A stretch of 64,000 nt of DNA, from assembly GCA_035480855.1 (NCBI GenBank), contig DATIHJ010000008.1, forward strand, positions 17,308-81,307. Direction: 5' to 3'. The stretch's first letter is position 1, and every line of letters starts with the position of its first letter. The position numbers and the translations under genes were made by a program. Positions 29,780 through 39,509 of the stretch are shown in pieces. The stretch comes from Patescibacteria group bacterium. Its GTDB lineage: Bacteria; Patescibacteriota; Saccharimonadia; Saccharimonadales; JANWIN01. The notes below the pieces were generated by a model. The model worked only from the letters and a program-made list of their open reading frames with translations. It was not told the DNA's origin and ran no database searches.

Positions 29780-30232
29780 CTACGTTTCTACTCGAACAGG
29801 TGTCATAGCGACAGCATACTCTTGTCCGAGTATTTTCACTGCCAATCCGTGTACCGCTGTGTGTAGCTCATTCCAGGTTTGAGCTCGTAACTTATCAAAA
29901 TTTGGTGTAAATGAGTGAACGTCAACGATTGGGTCTATTAAATCGGCATCAAACGTCCAGCTAACGTCATCAACGCCTCCGGTCGCCCAAGCTGATTGAC
30001 GTCTAACCTCGTATGCACCAGCGTCATGATAGAGGGCAGTTGTAATCCAGTGACTTTTACCGGGAGTACGAGTTTTAATTTCATTGTTTACTGTGCAACC
30101 ACCCGTGAAGTCAATTACAACTCGCCCAACTGCCTGCAAGACTTGTTGGCGAAACGGCTCTCTATTTGCTTGACGCAATGCTTCTTCTCGATGATATTTT
30201 GCGATTCTTTCACTCGGTCGCAGGTCTGCCAT
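29780..30232 (-). CDS. Hypothetical protein (tRNA-proximal cassette)
   Basis: 150-aa ORF with AGGAGG SD. Confidence 0.7.
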   Translation of the reverse strand: MADLRPSERIAKYHREEALRQANREPFRQQVLQAVGRVVIDFTGGCTVNNEIKTRTPGKSHWITTALYHDAGAYEVRRQSAWATGGVDDVSWTFDADLIDPIVDVHSFTPNFDKLRAQTWNELHTAVHGLAVKILGQEYAVAMTPVRVET

Positions 30233-30310
30233 AGTACCCTCCTATTTGAGTAAATTATCTACTTACAAATAATCTATAGCAAGCATAACTGCAATAAAAT
30301 CTAATCGATT

Positions 30311-30336
30311 GTTAGTTACAGTAGTTTTCAATTAGG
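30311..30336. repeat. Inverted copy of the array repeat arm next to the tRNA 3' end
   Basis: GTTAGTTACAGTAGTTTTCAATTAGG is 21/26 to the reverse complement of the copy 3 arm. Confidence 0.8.
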
Positions 30337-30354
30337 TTGACATCAGAGGTCACT

Positions 30355-30431
30355 TGGAGGGCCCAGTGGGACTCGAACCCACGACACGCGGCTTAAAAGG
30401 CCGCTGCTCTAACCAGCTGAGCTATGGGCCC
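30355..30431 (-). tRNA. tRNA-Lys(UUU)
   Basis: GGGCCCATAGCTCAGCTGGTTAGAGC..CTTTTAA..GGTTCGAGTCC..CCA cloverleaf. Confidence 0.97.
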
Positions 30432-30557
30432 GCACTTGAATCTATTAGCTCAATAGAACAGGGGTGATTATCTCTGATTACACCTTAAAAGTCAATCGAA
30501 GCTGTTAACCCAATTATTGCTACACTTTGGCTAAGAACAAATACTAAGCTAAATAAA

Positions 30558-31832
30558 TTACTGCCAGACCCTAATGTAGTCAATCAGCATGTTAGATGGA
30601 ACAGTAATAGGTGGAGAGATAGCAGCCGAAAGCGCATATTGACCAACTAGGAATTGCGGTGAAGCTGGAACAGCACTACCAGTTACTTGGCCTACTTGTA
30701 CGCCATCATAGTAAAAGGTTACAGCCGTAGGCTGCCAGTTTGCCCCAAAAGTATGCCAGCCACTAATACTTGTACTCGCACAGCCACCAGCCTGTTGAGG
30801 GGCTGCCGTTGTGCCAAAATGTGTATGGTAGCAATATTGGCCACCAAGCGACTCCATGACATCAATCTCGCCTGTAGTTGGCCATGTACCACTGCCAACG
30901 GTCCAAAATGAATTCCAGTTCTGCGGCGTGGTACTACCTGGTGGTGGCGTCCAAATACGGGCTTCCATATATCCATAGGTAAAGGTGTAATGGTTAGCAC
31001 TCTCGACTAAACCAGAGGCGTAGTCATATGTATGAGCATAATCGGGTGGCGTACAACTCCTAGCAACGGCCTGTAGGCTTAGGTAGCCTGTACCTTTTTC
31101 GGTAACTTGAGCTGGATCATAACATGAGGCTTCATGGGCATCGTTTACGGCTTTACTAATTTGAGTATCAGTACAGCCCGACCAATGACACCAGTTAGGA
31201 CGCCATTTAGACAAATCTAGGCTTGTGCCATTAAATTCATCACTAAACTTCATATTCCAATTTCCCATTACGCCTAGAGGTTGTGGTGAAGTTGGTGCTG
31301 GAGATAGAAACTTAATAACGTCTGCAGTAATTGATGTGTAACAGTTACCATGGCGGGTATTTGTAAAGCTAAGCGAAAAATTATGAATTCCTGTCACCAG
31401 CGATTTTCCAATTGGTCCGTATGTTGTCCATGTATTGGCATTTACGTTGGTAGATAACACACTTGTACCATCAACAAGCAGATTGACCTTTGGCCATAAT
31501 CCACTGCAGGACGAAGCTTTTGCCTGTAAGGTTAGATTGTCTGAAGTCTTCGCAATATTAACAGTACCCCTTGCAGCTCCAGAGAGGGATGTAAATTTAA
31601 CAGCTTGGCCGCCGCTGGCACTTGCGTCTGTAACTATGCCCGAACCCGCTGGCAACACCATTTGTTCCACCTCAGAAGTAGCTACGACAACTTCGGGGCT
31701 AGCTGCAAGAATTGGCCATAATAAGATGCTGCCAGCAACACCAAAGACAACACCCAAAGCGAAGGCCCTATAAATAGAGAAACTGTTCCCCTTTTTTGCT
31801 AGACTAATTTTTGAGCTTTTCTTTGTTTTCAT
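30558..31832 (-). CDS. Secreted/anchored GH16 glycoside hydrolase
   Basis: FSDEFNG, FTYGYMEAR, GEIDVME catalytic motif; N-terminal TM. Confidence 0.85.
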   Translation of the reverse strand: MKTKKSSKISLAKKGNSFSIYRAFALGVVFGVAGSILLWPILAASPEVVVATSEVEQMVLPAGSGIVTDASASGGQAVKFTSLSGAARGTVNIAKTSDNLTLQAKASSCSGLWPKVNLLVDGTSVLSTNVNANTWTTYGPIGKSLVTGIHNFSLSFTNTRHGNCYTSITADVIKFLSPAPTSPQPLGVMGNWNMKFSDEFNGTSLDLSKWRPNWCHWSGCTDTQISKAVNDAHEASCYDPAQVTEKGTGYLSLQAVARSCTPPDYAHTYDYASGLVESANHYTFTYGYMEARIWTPPPGSTTPQNWNSFWTVGSGTWPTTGEIDVMESLGGQYCYHTHFGTTAAPQQAGGCASTSISGWHTFGANWQPTAVTFYYDGVQVGQVTGSAVPASPQFLVGQYALSAAISPPITVPSNMLIDYIRVWQ

Positions 31833-31975
31833 AGAGCCTTTTTAGTAGTACTTATGTCTAACTATAGAAGTAAATTAACCAATGTCAATAAAGTGTACCG
31901 CTATAACGTCTTATTATTGGCGCATATATAATAAAAACAGTATAATTTATTTTGATTCTTAAGCTTAAGTAATAT

Positions 31976-33259
31976 ATGGGTTCAAATAGCAATAAAAAAC
32001 CTCGCAAAACTGTGGCTACTAAAAAAATTTCTAAAAAGAAAAATAGCTACTATAAACGTTTTTCAAAATTCTCTAGTTTCAAAAAAGCATTACTTTTTGC
32101 AGCTGCTTTTGCCTTAATAGCCACTGCATTGCTTATCATCACACACGCCGAAACCTCTCCGTACGACAATGTGCGCCAGTCACAGCTGGTAAATAACCCC
32201 CACTCGGGGCTTATATATAACGGACTAAGAGCAGTAAAAGCCAACGCTGATCATCCTTGCAAAGGTTTATTTGAAGTTGAAGGTGTCAGCGTTAACGGAA
32301 AGCCGGTATGTACCCATGGACCAGATCCAGCTCCAGATGGCATTGATGTTACAAAGGTCACTGTCAACGAGCGACTGACGCAGTTAGCTCAGGTCCCGCA
32401 AACTGTAACTACGCCGGAACAACTGGCATCTGAAAATGTTTCTAATCTAGCATTAGACAGAAACAGTGGTTTTTTTACTAATCAATTCCCTATATCGGCA
32501 CTCCCATGCACATCAGGGAAATATCGAATTCAGCTGGTATTAATTACTCATAACTCGGATAACTCGACTGTAATACCCCAATTCAGGGTCACAGCTCAAC
32601 GCTTGCAGAGCCAATTGATGTACAGTTCCACGCATTCGGGACCGGGTTCAACTCAGCGGTGGTTCCGATTTGTAACTGATAGTACATGCCACGCAGCGGT
32701 GTCCACAGTTATCGTCCCAACTAGTATTAGCCTAGCCACTGCTCAGGGTGTTATAACTTACCTTGGTAATCATGGCTACAGCGGCACCTATACTAAATAT
32801 TTAGTTTGGGATAGTGCGGGTGATGCCGATTTTTGCGCAGCAGCCAACACATACAATGATAGCCAACCAATCGCCCTGAAGAATCAAGCCAACCTTCAGA
32901 CTGGCTATGGTGTGATTGCCGCCCCTTGTTGGAGTTCAACTGCCGAATTACATGAGATGGGGCATTTCCTTGGCGCTGTTAGCGATAATGCTCCCCATAG
33001 TAGCGGAGGTACACATTGTCTTGATGAGCATGACGAGATGTGCTACAACGACGGTGGTTACTGTCTAATTAGTGCTATAAGCGTTCCGTGCGGCGTGAAT
33101 GGTAAGGCTGTTTATGTGGCAGCCAATTGTACTGACTTAAGTTTGCAGTGGCTACTTGATTGTAATAAGAACGACTATTTTAATACCAGTACCAGTATCA
33201 GCACGACGAACTATCTATATAATCATTGGAACATTGCCCATAGTCCATATTTGGAGTAA
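31976..33259 (+). CDS. Secreted/anchored zinc metallopeptidase-like protein
   Basis: HEMGHFLG, CTHGPDP, Cys-rich C-terminus; N-terminal TM. Confidence 0.65.
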   Translation: MGSNSNKKPRKTVATKKISKKKNSYYKRFSKFSSFKKALLFAAAFALIATALLIITHAETSPYDNVRQSQLVNNPHSGLIYNGLRAVKANADHPCKGLFEVEGVSVNGKPVCTHGPDPAPDGIDVTKVTVNERLTQLAQVPQTVTTPEQLASENVSNLALDRNSGFFTNQFPISALPCTSGKYRIQLVLITHNSDNSTVIPQFRVTAQRLQSQLMYSSTHSGPGSTQRWFRFVTDSTCHAAVSTVIVPTSISLATAQGVITYLGNHGYSGTYTKYLVWDSAGDADFCAAANTYNDSQPIALKNQANLQTGYGVIAAPCWSSTAELHEMGHFLGAVSDNAPHSSGGTHCLDEHDEMCYNDGGYCLISAISVPCGVNGKAVYVAANCTDLSLQWLLDCNKNDYFNTSTSISTTNYLYNHWNIAHSPYLE

Positions 33260-33387
33260 GTAATTTTACGTACTCAGCTTAAGCATTTATTGAAGGTATG
33301 GCGCAAGCACTGTGGTCCAAAACAAAGACCAACAGTGCTATTATTAAGAAGTTAAACACAGTGTAATATCATACTGGAGGACGGATA

Positions 33388-34119
33388 ATGTCAGGTCACA
33401 GTAAGTGGAGCACAATTAAACGCCAAAAGGGAGCAAAAGATGCAGCCCGCGGTGCTGTATTTACAAAACTTGGCAATAATATTGCTGTAGCTGCTAGGGC
33501 AGGTGCCGATCCAGAAACCAACTTTACGCTTCGCCTAGCCATAGATAAAGCCAAGGCTGCCAACATGCCAAGTGCTAACATTCAGCGTTCCGTTGACCGT
33601 GGCAGCGGCAAACTGGGTGGCGCACAAATCCAAGAGGTAATGTATGAAGGTTATGGTCCCGGCGGCGTGGCTATTTTAGTAGAAGCTGCTACAGACAACA
33701 TTAACCGTACTTTACCAGAAGTCCGCTTAGCGTTTAGTAAACACGGCGGCAATATGGCAGAGAAGGGTGCAGTGGCTTTCCAATTTGAACATAAAGGGAT
33801 GATCCGCATAAAAGGCAATGGAGACGATGTAATGTTAACGGCCTTGGATGCTGGCGCCCAAGACGTAGAAGAAGATGGCGAGGAATCAATTGTATATACC
33901 GAATCCAAGGAACTAGCCAAAGTCCGCCAAGGCTTGCAAGAAGGGGGTATGGAAGTACTTGAGGCAGAGCTCACTTATGTGCCAACTAATACCGTAGAGG
34001 TTACAGACAAAGAAGCTGCAGGAAAGATAATGCGACTAATGGATGCCTTAGATGATGTAGACGACGTCACCTCCACCCATGTAAATTTCGATATAGCTGA
34101 TGATCTGTTGGACGGTTAA
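33388..34119 (+). CDS. yebC: YebC/PmpR family protein
   Basis: MSGHSKWSTIK, YEGYGPGG. Confidence 0.95.
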   Translation: MSGHSKWSTIKRQKGAKDAARGAVFTKLGNNIAVAARAGADPETNFTLRLAIDKAKAANMPSANIQRSVDRGSGKLGGAQIQEVMYEGYGPGGVAILVEAATDNINRTLPEVRLAFSKHGGNMAEKGAVAFQFEHKGMIRIKGNGDDVMLTALDAGAQDVEEDGEESIVYTESKELAKVRQGLQEGGMEVLEAELTYVPTNTVEVTDKEAAGKIMRLMDALDDVDDVTSTHVNFDIADDLLDG

Positions 34120-34592
34120 TGCGTGTTTTAGGCATTGATCCGGGAACTGGAATACTAGGGTTTGGCGTCATTGAAGTGGATAAACGCGGTAAAGCCCAGC
34201 TGGTAGATGGCGGAGTTATTCGTACGCCAGTTAAAGAAGACGATACTGTGCGGCTGCAAACCATCTTTGATGAACTCACAGACATTATTATGAACACTAA
34301 GCCAGCGGCTATGTCTGTAGAAAAGCTTTTCTTTGCCCAAAATGTGACTACAGCCATGACAGTGGCACAGGCCCGAGGCGTGGTGCTGCTTTGTGGCAAG
34401 CAAGCTGGCCTTGAAATATTTGAATACACCCCACTGCAGATAAAGCAAGCTCTAACGGGCTATGGCCGAGCAGACAAGCAACAGATTCAGGAAATGGTGC
34501 GGGTAATACTCGGACTCAAGGACATCCCAAAACCAGACGACTGCGCCGATGCACTTGCTGCTGCTATCTGTCACAGTATGACTATGAGATAA
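34119..34592 (+). CDS. ruvC: Holliday junction resolvase
   Basis: LGIDPG, QARGV, GYGRADK, DDCADALA. Confidence 0.97.
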   Translation: MRVLGIDPGTGILGFGVIEVDKRGKAQLVDGGVIRTPVKEDDTVRLQTIFDELTDIIMNTKPAAMSVEKLFFAQNVTTAMTVAQARGVVLLCGKQAGLEIFEYTPLQIKQALTGYGRADKQQIQEMVRVILGLKDIPKPDDCADALAAAICHSMTMR

Positions 34593-34599
34593 TAGTGAC

Positions 34600-35181
34600 G
34601 TGATAGTGACATTATCTGGAGAAATTAGCGAAAAGCTGCAAGAGCTGGTTGTTTTAGAAGCCGGCGGCATAGGCTACGGCTTATTTGTAACGGTTGAGGA
34701 CTATGGTCAGCTAAAGCAAGGCGACACTGCCAAACTCTATGTATATGAGCATATCCGCGAAAGCGCGTATGACCTGTATGGATTTGTTAGTCCAGATACC
34801 AAGGCCTTATTCGAGCAACTTTTAAGTGTAAATGGTGTAGGCCCTAGAATGGCGCTTAATATGTTAAGTATTGGTTCGTCCAGCGAAGTGAAACACGCAA
34901 TTGCTGGTGGTGACACCAAGTTTATACAGGCAGCCAATGGTGTTGGTAAGCGCGTGGCTGAGCGGGTTGTTGTAGATCTAAAAGATAAAGTGGGCTTACT
35001 TAGTAGTGCATCTACCGATTCTCTGTTTGTTAGCAATGCCGCTGCCCAGCAGGACGAAGCCGTACAAGCGCTTGTTAGTCTGGGCTATACCCCTGCCGAT
35101 GCACTGGCAGCACTGGATGGCATAAAACCAGATTTGCCTGCTGAGGATCGTATCAAGCAAGCACTAAAGGGTAGGGCGTAA
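34600..35181 (+). CDS. ruvA: Holliday junction DNA-binding subunit
   Basis: [22 protein letters not shown]. Confidence 0.95.
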   Translation: MIVTLSGEISEKLQELVVLEAGGIGYGLFVTVEDYGQLKQGDTAKLYVYEHIRESAYDLYGFVSPDTKALFEQLLSVNGVGPRMALNMLSIGSSSEVKHAIAGGDTKFIQAANGVGKRVAERVVVDLKDKVGLLSSASTDSLFVSNAAAQQDEAVQALVSLGYTPADALAALDGIKPDLPAEDRIKQALKGRA

Positions 35182-36212
35182 TGGCAATTGAACGAATAAT
35201 AAACACCAGCTCAGCCGATGACCCACAGGAAGAAGAGCTAGAAGTAACCCTACGCCCCAGGGATTTCAAAAATTATATAGGCCAGCAACGGCTCAAACAA
35301 AATTTACAGCTGGCTATTGCCGCCGCCCTAAAGAGGGGTGAGCCGCTGGACCACGTGCTGCTTCACGGACCACCAGGACTAGGCAAAACCACTATGGCTA
35401 GTGTTATTGCTAACGAAATGGGAGCACAAATACGTATCACAAGTGGGCCTGCTATTGAGCGAGCAGGTGATTTAGCCAGTTTACTTACAAATCTTCAAGA
35501 TGGAGACATACTTTTTATTGACGAGATCCATCGGCTGCACCGTAGCGTAGAAGAAGTACTCTACAGCGCCATGGAGGACTTTAAATTAGACATAATGCTT
35601 GGTAAAGGACCTAGTGCCCGTAGCCTACGCCTGGATTTACCAAAGTTTACAATCATTGGCGCTACCACACGTACCGGTGCGCTGGCAGCACCTCTGCGTG
35701 ATAGGTTTGGCATGATTCACCGTCTGGAGTTCTATCAACCAGATGAAATCACTCAGATTATTTTAAGAGCTGCCAAAATCCTAGGGATTAAAATTGATAA
35801 AAAGGCAGCAGACGAGCTTGCCCAACGGGCCCGACTAACTCCCCGGATTGCCAACCGGCTTTTGAGACGAGTTAGGGATTTTGCTGATGTAAATGGCGAC
35901 GGCATAATCGATGCAGTAATTAGTCGTGATGCCCTAATACTACTTGAAATTGATGACCTGGGCCTTGACCCAGCTGACAGGATGCTGCTAGGAGCTATTA
36001 TTGACAACTACCAAGGTGGTCCTGTGGGCGTAGAAACACTGGCGGCTTTAACTGCTGAAGAGCGTACTACCATTGAAGATTTTTATGAACCATACCTGAT
36101 GCAAATTGGCTTACTAGAACGAACGCCGCGTGGCCGCAAAGCCACACACAAAGCATACAAACATTTAGGCAAGCCTAAACCAAGTAACTCTGGCCAACCA
36201 AAGTTGCTATAA
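35181..36212 (+). CDS. ruvB: Holliday junction helicase
   Basis: [22 protein letters not shown]. Confidence 0.98.
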   Translation: MAIERIINTSSADDPQEEELEVTLRPRDFKNYIGQQRLKQNLQLAIAAALKRGEPLDHVLLHGPPGLGKTTMASVIANEMGAQIRITSGPAIERAGDLASLLTNLQDGDILFIDEIHRLHRSVEEVLYSAMEDFKLDIMLGKGPSARSLRLDLPKFTIIGATTRTGALAAPLRDRFGMIHRLEFYQPDEITQIILRAAKILGIKIDKKAADELAQRARLTPRIANRLLRRVRDFADVNGDGIIDAVISRDALILLEIDDLGLDPADRMLLGAIIDNYQGGPVGVETLAALTAEERTTIEDFYEPYLMQIGLLERTPRGRKATHKAYKHLGKPKPSNSGQPKLL

Positions 36213-36220
36213 TGGTTGCC

Positions 36221-36838
36221 ATGGCACAAACAGAGACAATGTCAGCCCACCGGCTGCAGGCCTGTGAGGGTATGAGCGCTATGGGCAAAAAGCTTTTTCG
36301 TTACGTCGAATTTGACGATACCGAGGAGTTAATTGCTGAAATACGCAAGCATCCAATTGGTGCGTTTGCGCGGGGCATAACCGGAGCATTTATTAGTCTA
36401 ATTATAGTTTTAGCTACCAGTGCATTGGCTCTAAACCTGGACAATTTTAATATAGATTTTGGAGATAATAGCCATATTATCAAGCTAATACTTATTGCTG
36501 TTGGTCTTGTACTGGGACTATTGGCTTTGGCTGCAACAGCTCTGACGGTAGTTATTTACAGAAGCAGCGTTATTTTTATCACCGATCAGAAAATCGCCGA
36601 GGTAATGTATGTGAGCATCTTTAACCGAAAGGTGACACAGCTTGGCGTGGGCAGCGTTGAGGATGTTACAGTGCAGCAACGAGGATTGTTCCCACGGTTA
36701 TTTAATTATGGCACTATTGTGGTAGAAACAGCCGGAGAAGTAGAAAATTGCAATTTTACTATGTTGCCTAACCCTAATTTCTACTCACAGAAAATTATCC
36801 AAGACCACGAACTTTATGTCCAAAAATATGGAAATTAG
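36221..36838 (+). CDS. Bacterial PH-domain membrane protein
   Basis: 2 TM then ITDQK..VEDVTV..FNYGTIVVETAGE. Confidence 0.7.
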   Translation: MAQTETMSAHRLQACEGMSAMGKKLFRYVEFDDTEELIAEIRKHPIGAFARGITGAFISLIIVLATSALALNLDNFNIDFGDNSHIIKLILIAVGLVLGLLALAATALTVVIYRSSVIFITDQKIAEVMYVSIFNRKVTQLGVGSVEDVTVQQRGLFPRLFNYGTIVVETAGEVENCNFTMLPNPNFYSQKIIQDHELYVQKYGN

Positions 36839-36868
36839 ATTTACTCAGTCAAGACTTAACACCTGAAA

Positions 36869-37177
36869 CTACTCTTGGAATGGGTTGTTGCGGGCTTGGT
36901 TGAATAGAGATTGTACGTCGACACTATTATCTTGAAGCTGTTTGATTTTATCAACAACTGATTGATCAATTTTAGGCGATTGGCTAGTTTTAAGTTTGGC
37001 AGTTATATCGTCTTGGCTGGGTGTTTGGTTATTTAGCACGTTTATTCGATAGACTAATATGCTGTAAATGCTAAATAAGATCACAATAAATATAAGTACT
37101 CTATAGCGCCGAAGTAATTGCCAAAGCTCTGGTAATTTTGCCTTTATTGTCTTAAGATCTAATTTTTGCTTTTTCAT
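36869..37177 (-). CDS. Pilus-operon hypothetical protein (PilP position)
   Basis: Single TM, RNNPF C-terminus, coupled to pilO-like gene. Confidence 0.6.
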   Translation of the reverse strand: MKKQKLDLKTIKAKLPELWQLLRRYRVLIFIVILFSIYSILVYRINVLNNQTPSQDDITAKLKTSQSPKIDQSVVDKIKQLQDNSVDVQSLFNQARNNPFQE

Positions 37178-37782
37178 GGCTTTATATACGCATCCAAAAC
37201 TAGTGTGAACGTTAGTGTATTAGGATTTTGAGGGTTTGGGATAATGGTAACATTAGCTACCTGAGCGGTACGGCGGTTTTGTTCTAAATTATTTAAAAAG
37301 TTAATAAGCTGAGTATATGATATTGGGTTTGATGCGTCCTGCTGTATGGTAATTTGCATGTCTAAGACACCAGGGATGCCCTTGACCGGCAGTACTTGTG
37401 TGAGTTTATTAGATGGTGTGGTTGTTGGCAAACCACTGCTACTGGAACCAAGTGTCGATGCTGGAAATGTTATAGCCGATAGTTTTATAGAGTTGTTATT
37501 GGCAAAATTAACAATTTCTCTGACAGCTTCAGCCTGATCTTTGTCCTGCGGCACAATAATTTTGGCTTCTTTTTCTAGTTCTGAATACTTAGCTACATCT
37601 TTTTTAGCTTTAGCTAGTGAAACCTGTTGTTGGTCAAGTACAGCGTTATTAAGCTTAAGATCAACCAATTTCTGTGATCGTTGCTGGAGCATTTGGTCGC
37701 CTAGAATTGCTGTTACAAAAATACCAATACCAAGTAGTGAAGTAATTACAATCATGCCATAAAATACTCGTTTGCCATTCAT
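37174..37782 (-). CDS. PilO-like pilus assembly protein
   Basis: TM, coiled coil, YTQLINFLNNLEQNRR; operon position. Confidence 0.65.
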   Translation of the reverse strand: MNGKRVFYGMIVITSLLGIGIFVTAILGDQMLQQRSQKLVDLKLNNAVLDQQQVSLAKAKKDVAKYSELEKEAKIIVPQDKDQAEAVREIVNFANNNSIKLSAITFPASTLGSSSSGLPTTTPSNKLTQVLPVKGIPGVLDMQITIQQDASNPISYTQLINFLNNLEQNRRTAQVANVTIIPNPQNPNTLTFTLVLDAYIKP

Positions 37783-38387
37783 GGTTTGCTTACCTTAGAT
37801 TGAGAGTTATTTATAAACAAGAATGGATTACTTTTAGCAAACTGTGCTCGAATATTAATTGTGCAGGGATAACGGGGATTCGTTGCGCCAGAAGTTAAGC
37901 AGTTAACGTTTAATATGTCCGCCTTATTAAAAATTTTATTGGCAGGGTCCTGCAAATTCACCTGTACTTGTGTAGCCGTATTATAGTCGCTAGCAATGGC
38001 AGCTAAATCAATACCGCCTTGGGTTTGACTTATTTTTAGGTCAGTTAGCCTAGCGTTTGCTGGTATTGCTGTGCCGATTTGCTGAATCAGTTTAGAAAAC
38101 AGCACTTCACGCGATAACACTTGTACGACAAGTTTTAGGCTCCCAGAAATATCCTGAACTTGTTTTTGTGTTTCACTTAGCTGCTGAGAGGCAAGTTCGT
38201 CAGATGTTTTTACCTTTTGTTGGGTGTAATCTTGAATTGATTGGTTCATGTAGAATTGCCCAAATAACACAACTACCAATACTCCCAAAATTGAAAGAGA
38301 AAACGCAATTGACCATCTCAGTAGCTGTGTATTACGCCTACCATAAACTAAGTCTTGTTTGACATTTGGCGGGAGTAAATTGATCAT
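37779..38387 (-). CDS. pilN: PilN-like pilus assembly protein
   Basis: MINLLP motif, TM. Confidence 0.8.
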   Translation of the reverse strand: MINLLPPNVKQDLVYGRRNTQLLRWSIAFSLSILGVLVVVLFGQFYMNQSIQDYTQQKVKTSDELASQQLSETQKQVQDISGSLKLVVQVLSREVLFSKLIQQIGTAIPANARLTDLKISQTQGGIDLAAIASDYNTATQVQVNLQDPANKIFNKADILNVNCLTSGATNPRYPCTINIRAQFAKSNPFLFINNSQSKVSKP

Positions 38388-39466
38388 TCAAAAACCTCTC
38401 GAGGTTTAATCAGGGCTAGTCCAGAAGCAGTTACGTATAATGAACGTTCAACATTATCTGTGGTTTTTAGATGTGACATGCGAATATGTTGAAACGGATC
38501 GGATGTGCGAACAGGCAGACGCAGAGCATCCGTTAAATATTCATTTAAGCCTGGCATATTCGCTCCACCGCCTAAACTAACTATTTGAGTAATTTTTTTC
38601 TTGGTTCCCGAACGTTCTTCGTAATATCTAATCATTCGCCGGATTTCTTTTAATAGCTGAGAAAGAATCGGTTGCAAGGCTTCATGGATTTCATGCTGTT
38701 TTTTACTCTGATCAATTCCATATTTAGTCTTTATAACTAAAGCCTCTGAATAAGATACATGCAGTTTTTGAGCAATATTAGCAGTAAAATTATCTCCGCC
38801 ACCAGCAACTGTACCGGTCACTATTGGAGAACCGTCAAAAACTGTAATATCTGAGGAAATGGAACCAAAATCAATTAAGACTGTAGGAGTATCACTATCA
38901 TCTGTGTGAGTAAATAAGCGTGAAACCGCACTGGTAGTAGTTTCCATTGCGACTACCTCAAGACCAAGTAACTGGCTAAGTTTAATGTATGAATCAATCA
39001 CTGTTTTGGGTACGGATACAGTAAATAGTTCCATTTCTTTATCATTGCTGCTGGTTATGTCGAAGTCGCTATATAGATTATCAATCGGTACAGGAATGTA
39101 CTGTTCTGTAGCTGTTCGAATTGCATCTGCAAGTTCCTTATTACTAAGCTTAGGTAGTTTTATTAAGCGACTAAAAGTTCTTGTGGCGGGGATACCCATA
39201 ATTACTCGACGAGTGGTAATTTCACCCTGAACTTGGTTTTTAAACACGTTTTGTATAGATGCTGCCAAAGTTTCTGGGTCAATTATTACGCCGTCTTTTA
39301 TCGTCTTTGGGTCAAAATCACCAACTCCGTAAGCAAGCGTGACTGGTTTGTTATTTTCCCAACCAATTTGCATGACTTTAACCGAGCGAAATCCAATGTC
39401 TAGCCCAAAAACTGGTTTATCATGGTAAAAAAATGCTGAAGTATTCATGCCCACCTCACCAAGCAT
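38384..39466 (-). CDS. pilM: Type IV pilus assembly protein PilM
   Basis: GLDIG..VKV, LIDFG, LGGGANMPGL; start may be 39448. Confidence 0.9.
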   Translation of the reverse strand: MLGEVGMNTSAFFYHDKPVFGLDIGFRSVKVMQIGWENNKPVTLAYGVGDFDPKTIKDGVIIDPETLAASIQNVFKNQVQGEITTRRVIMGIPATRTFSRLIKLPKLSNKELADAIRTATEQYIPVPIDNLYSDFDITSSNDKEMELFTVSVPKTVIDSYIKLSQLLGLEVVAMETTTSAVSRLFTHTDDSDTPTVLIDFGSISSDITVFDGSPIVTGTVAGGGDNFTANIAQKLHVSYSEALVIKTKYGIDQSKKQHEIHEALQPILSQLLKEIRRMIRYYEERSGTKKKITQIVSLGGGANMPGLNEYLTDALRLPVRTSDPFQHIRMSHLKTTDNVERSLYVTASGLALIKPREVFE

Positions 39467-39509
39467 AACTGATTATGACAATATAGCATATTCATGGTTT
39501 ACTCATCCG

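Larger units (their letters stand above)
26774..30354 (-). mobile_element. Putative tRNA-Lys-anchored gene-cassette array (6 single-gene units)
   Basis: Five 33-bp repeats beginning with the tRNA 3' end, one co-oriented ORF between each; no recombinase in window. Confidence 0.7.

Noticed and set aside
29774-29783. Third ATAAACCTAC copy at the stop of the 150-aa cassette ORF
   Set aside because: Short AT-rich match with no partner; may be chance.
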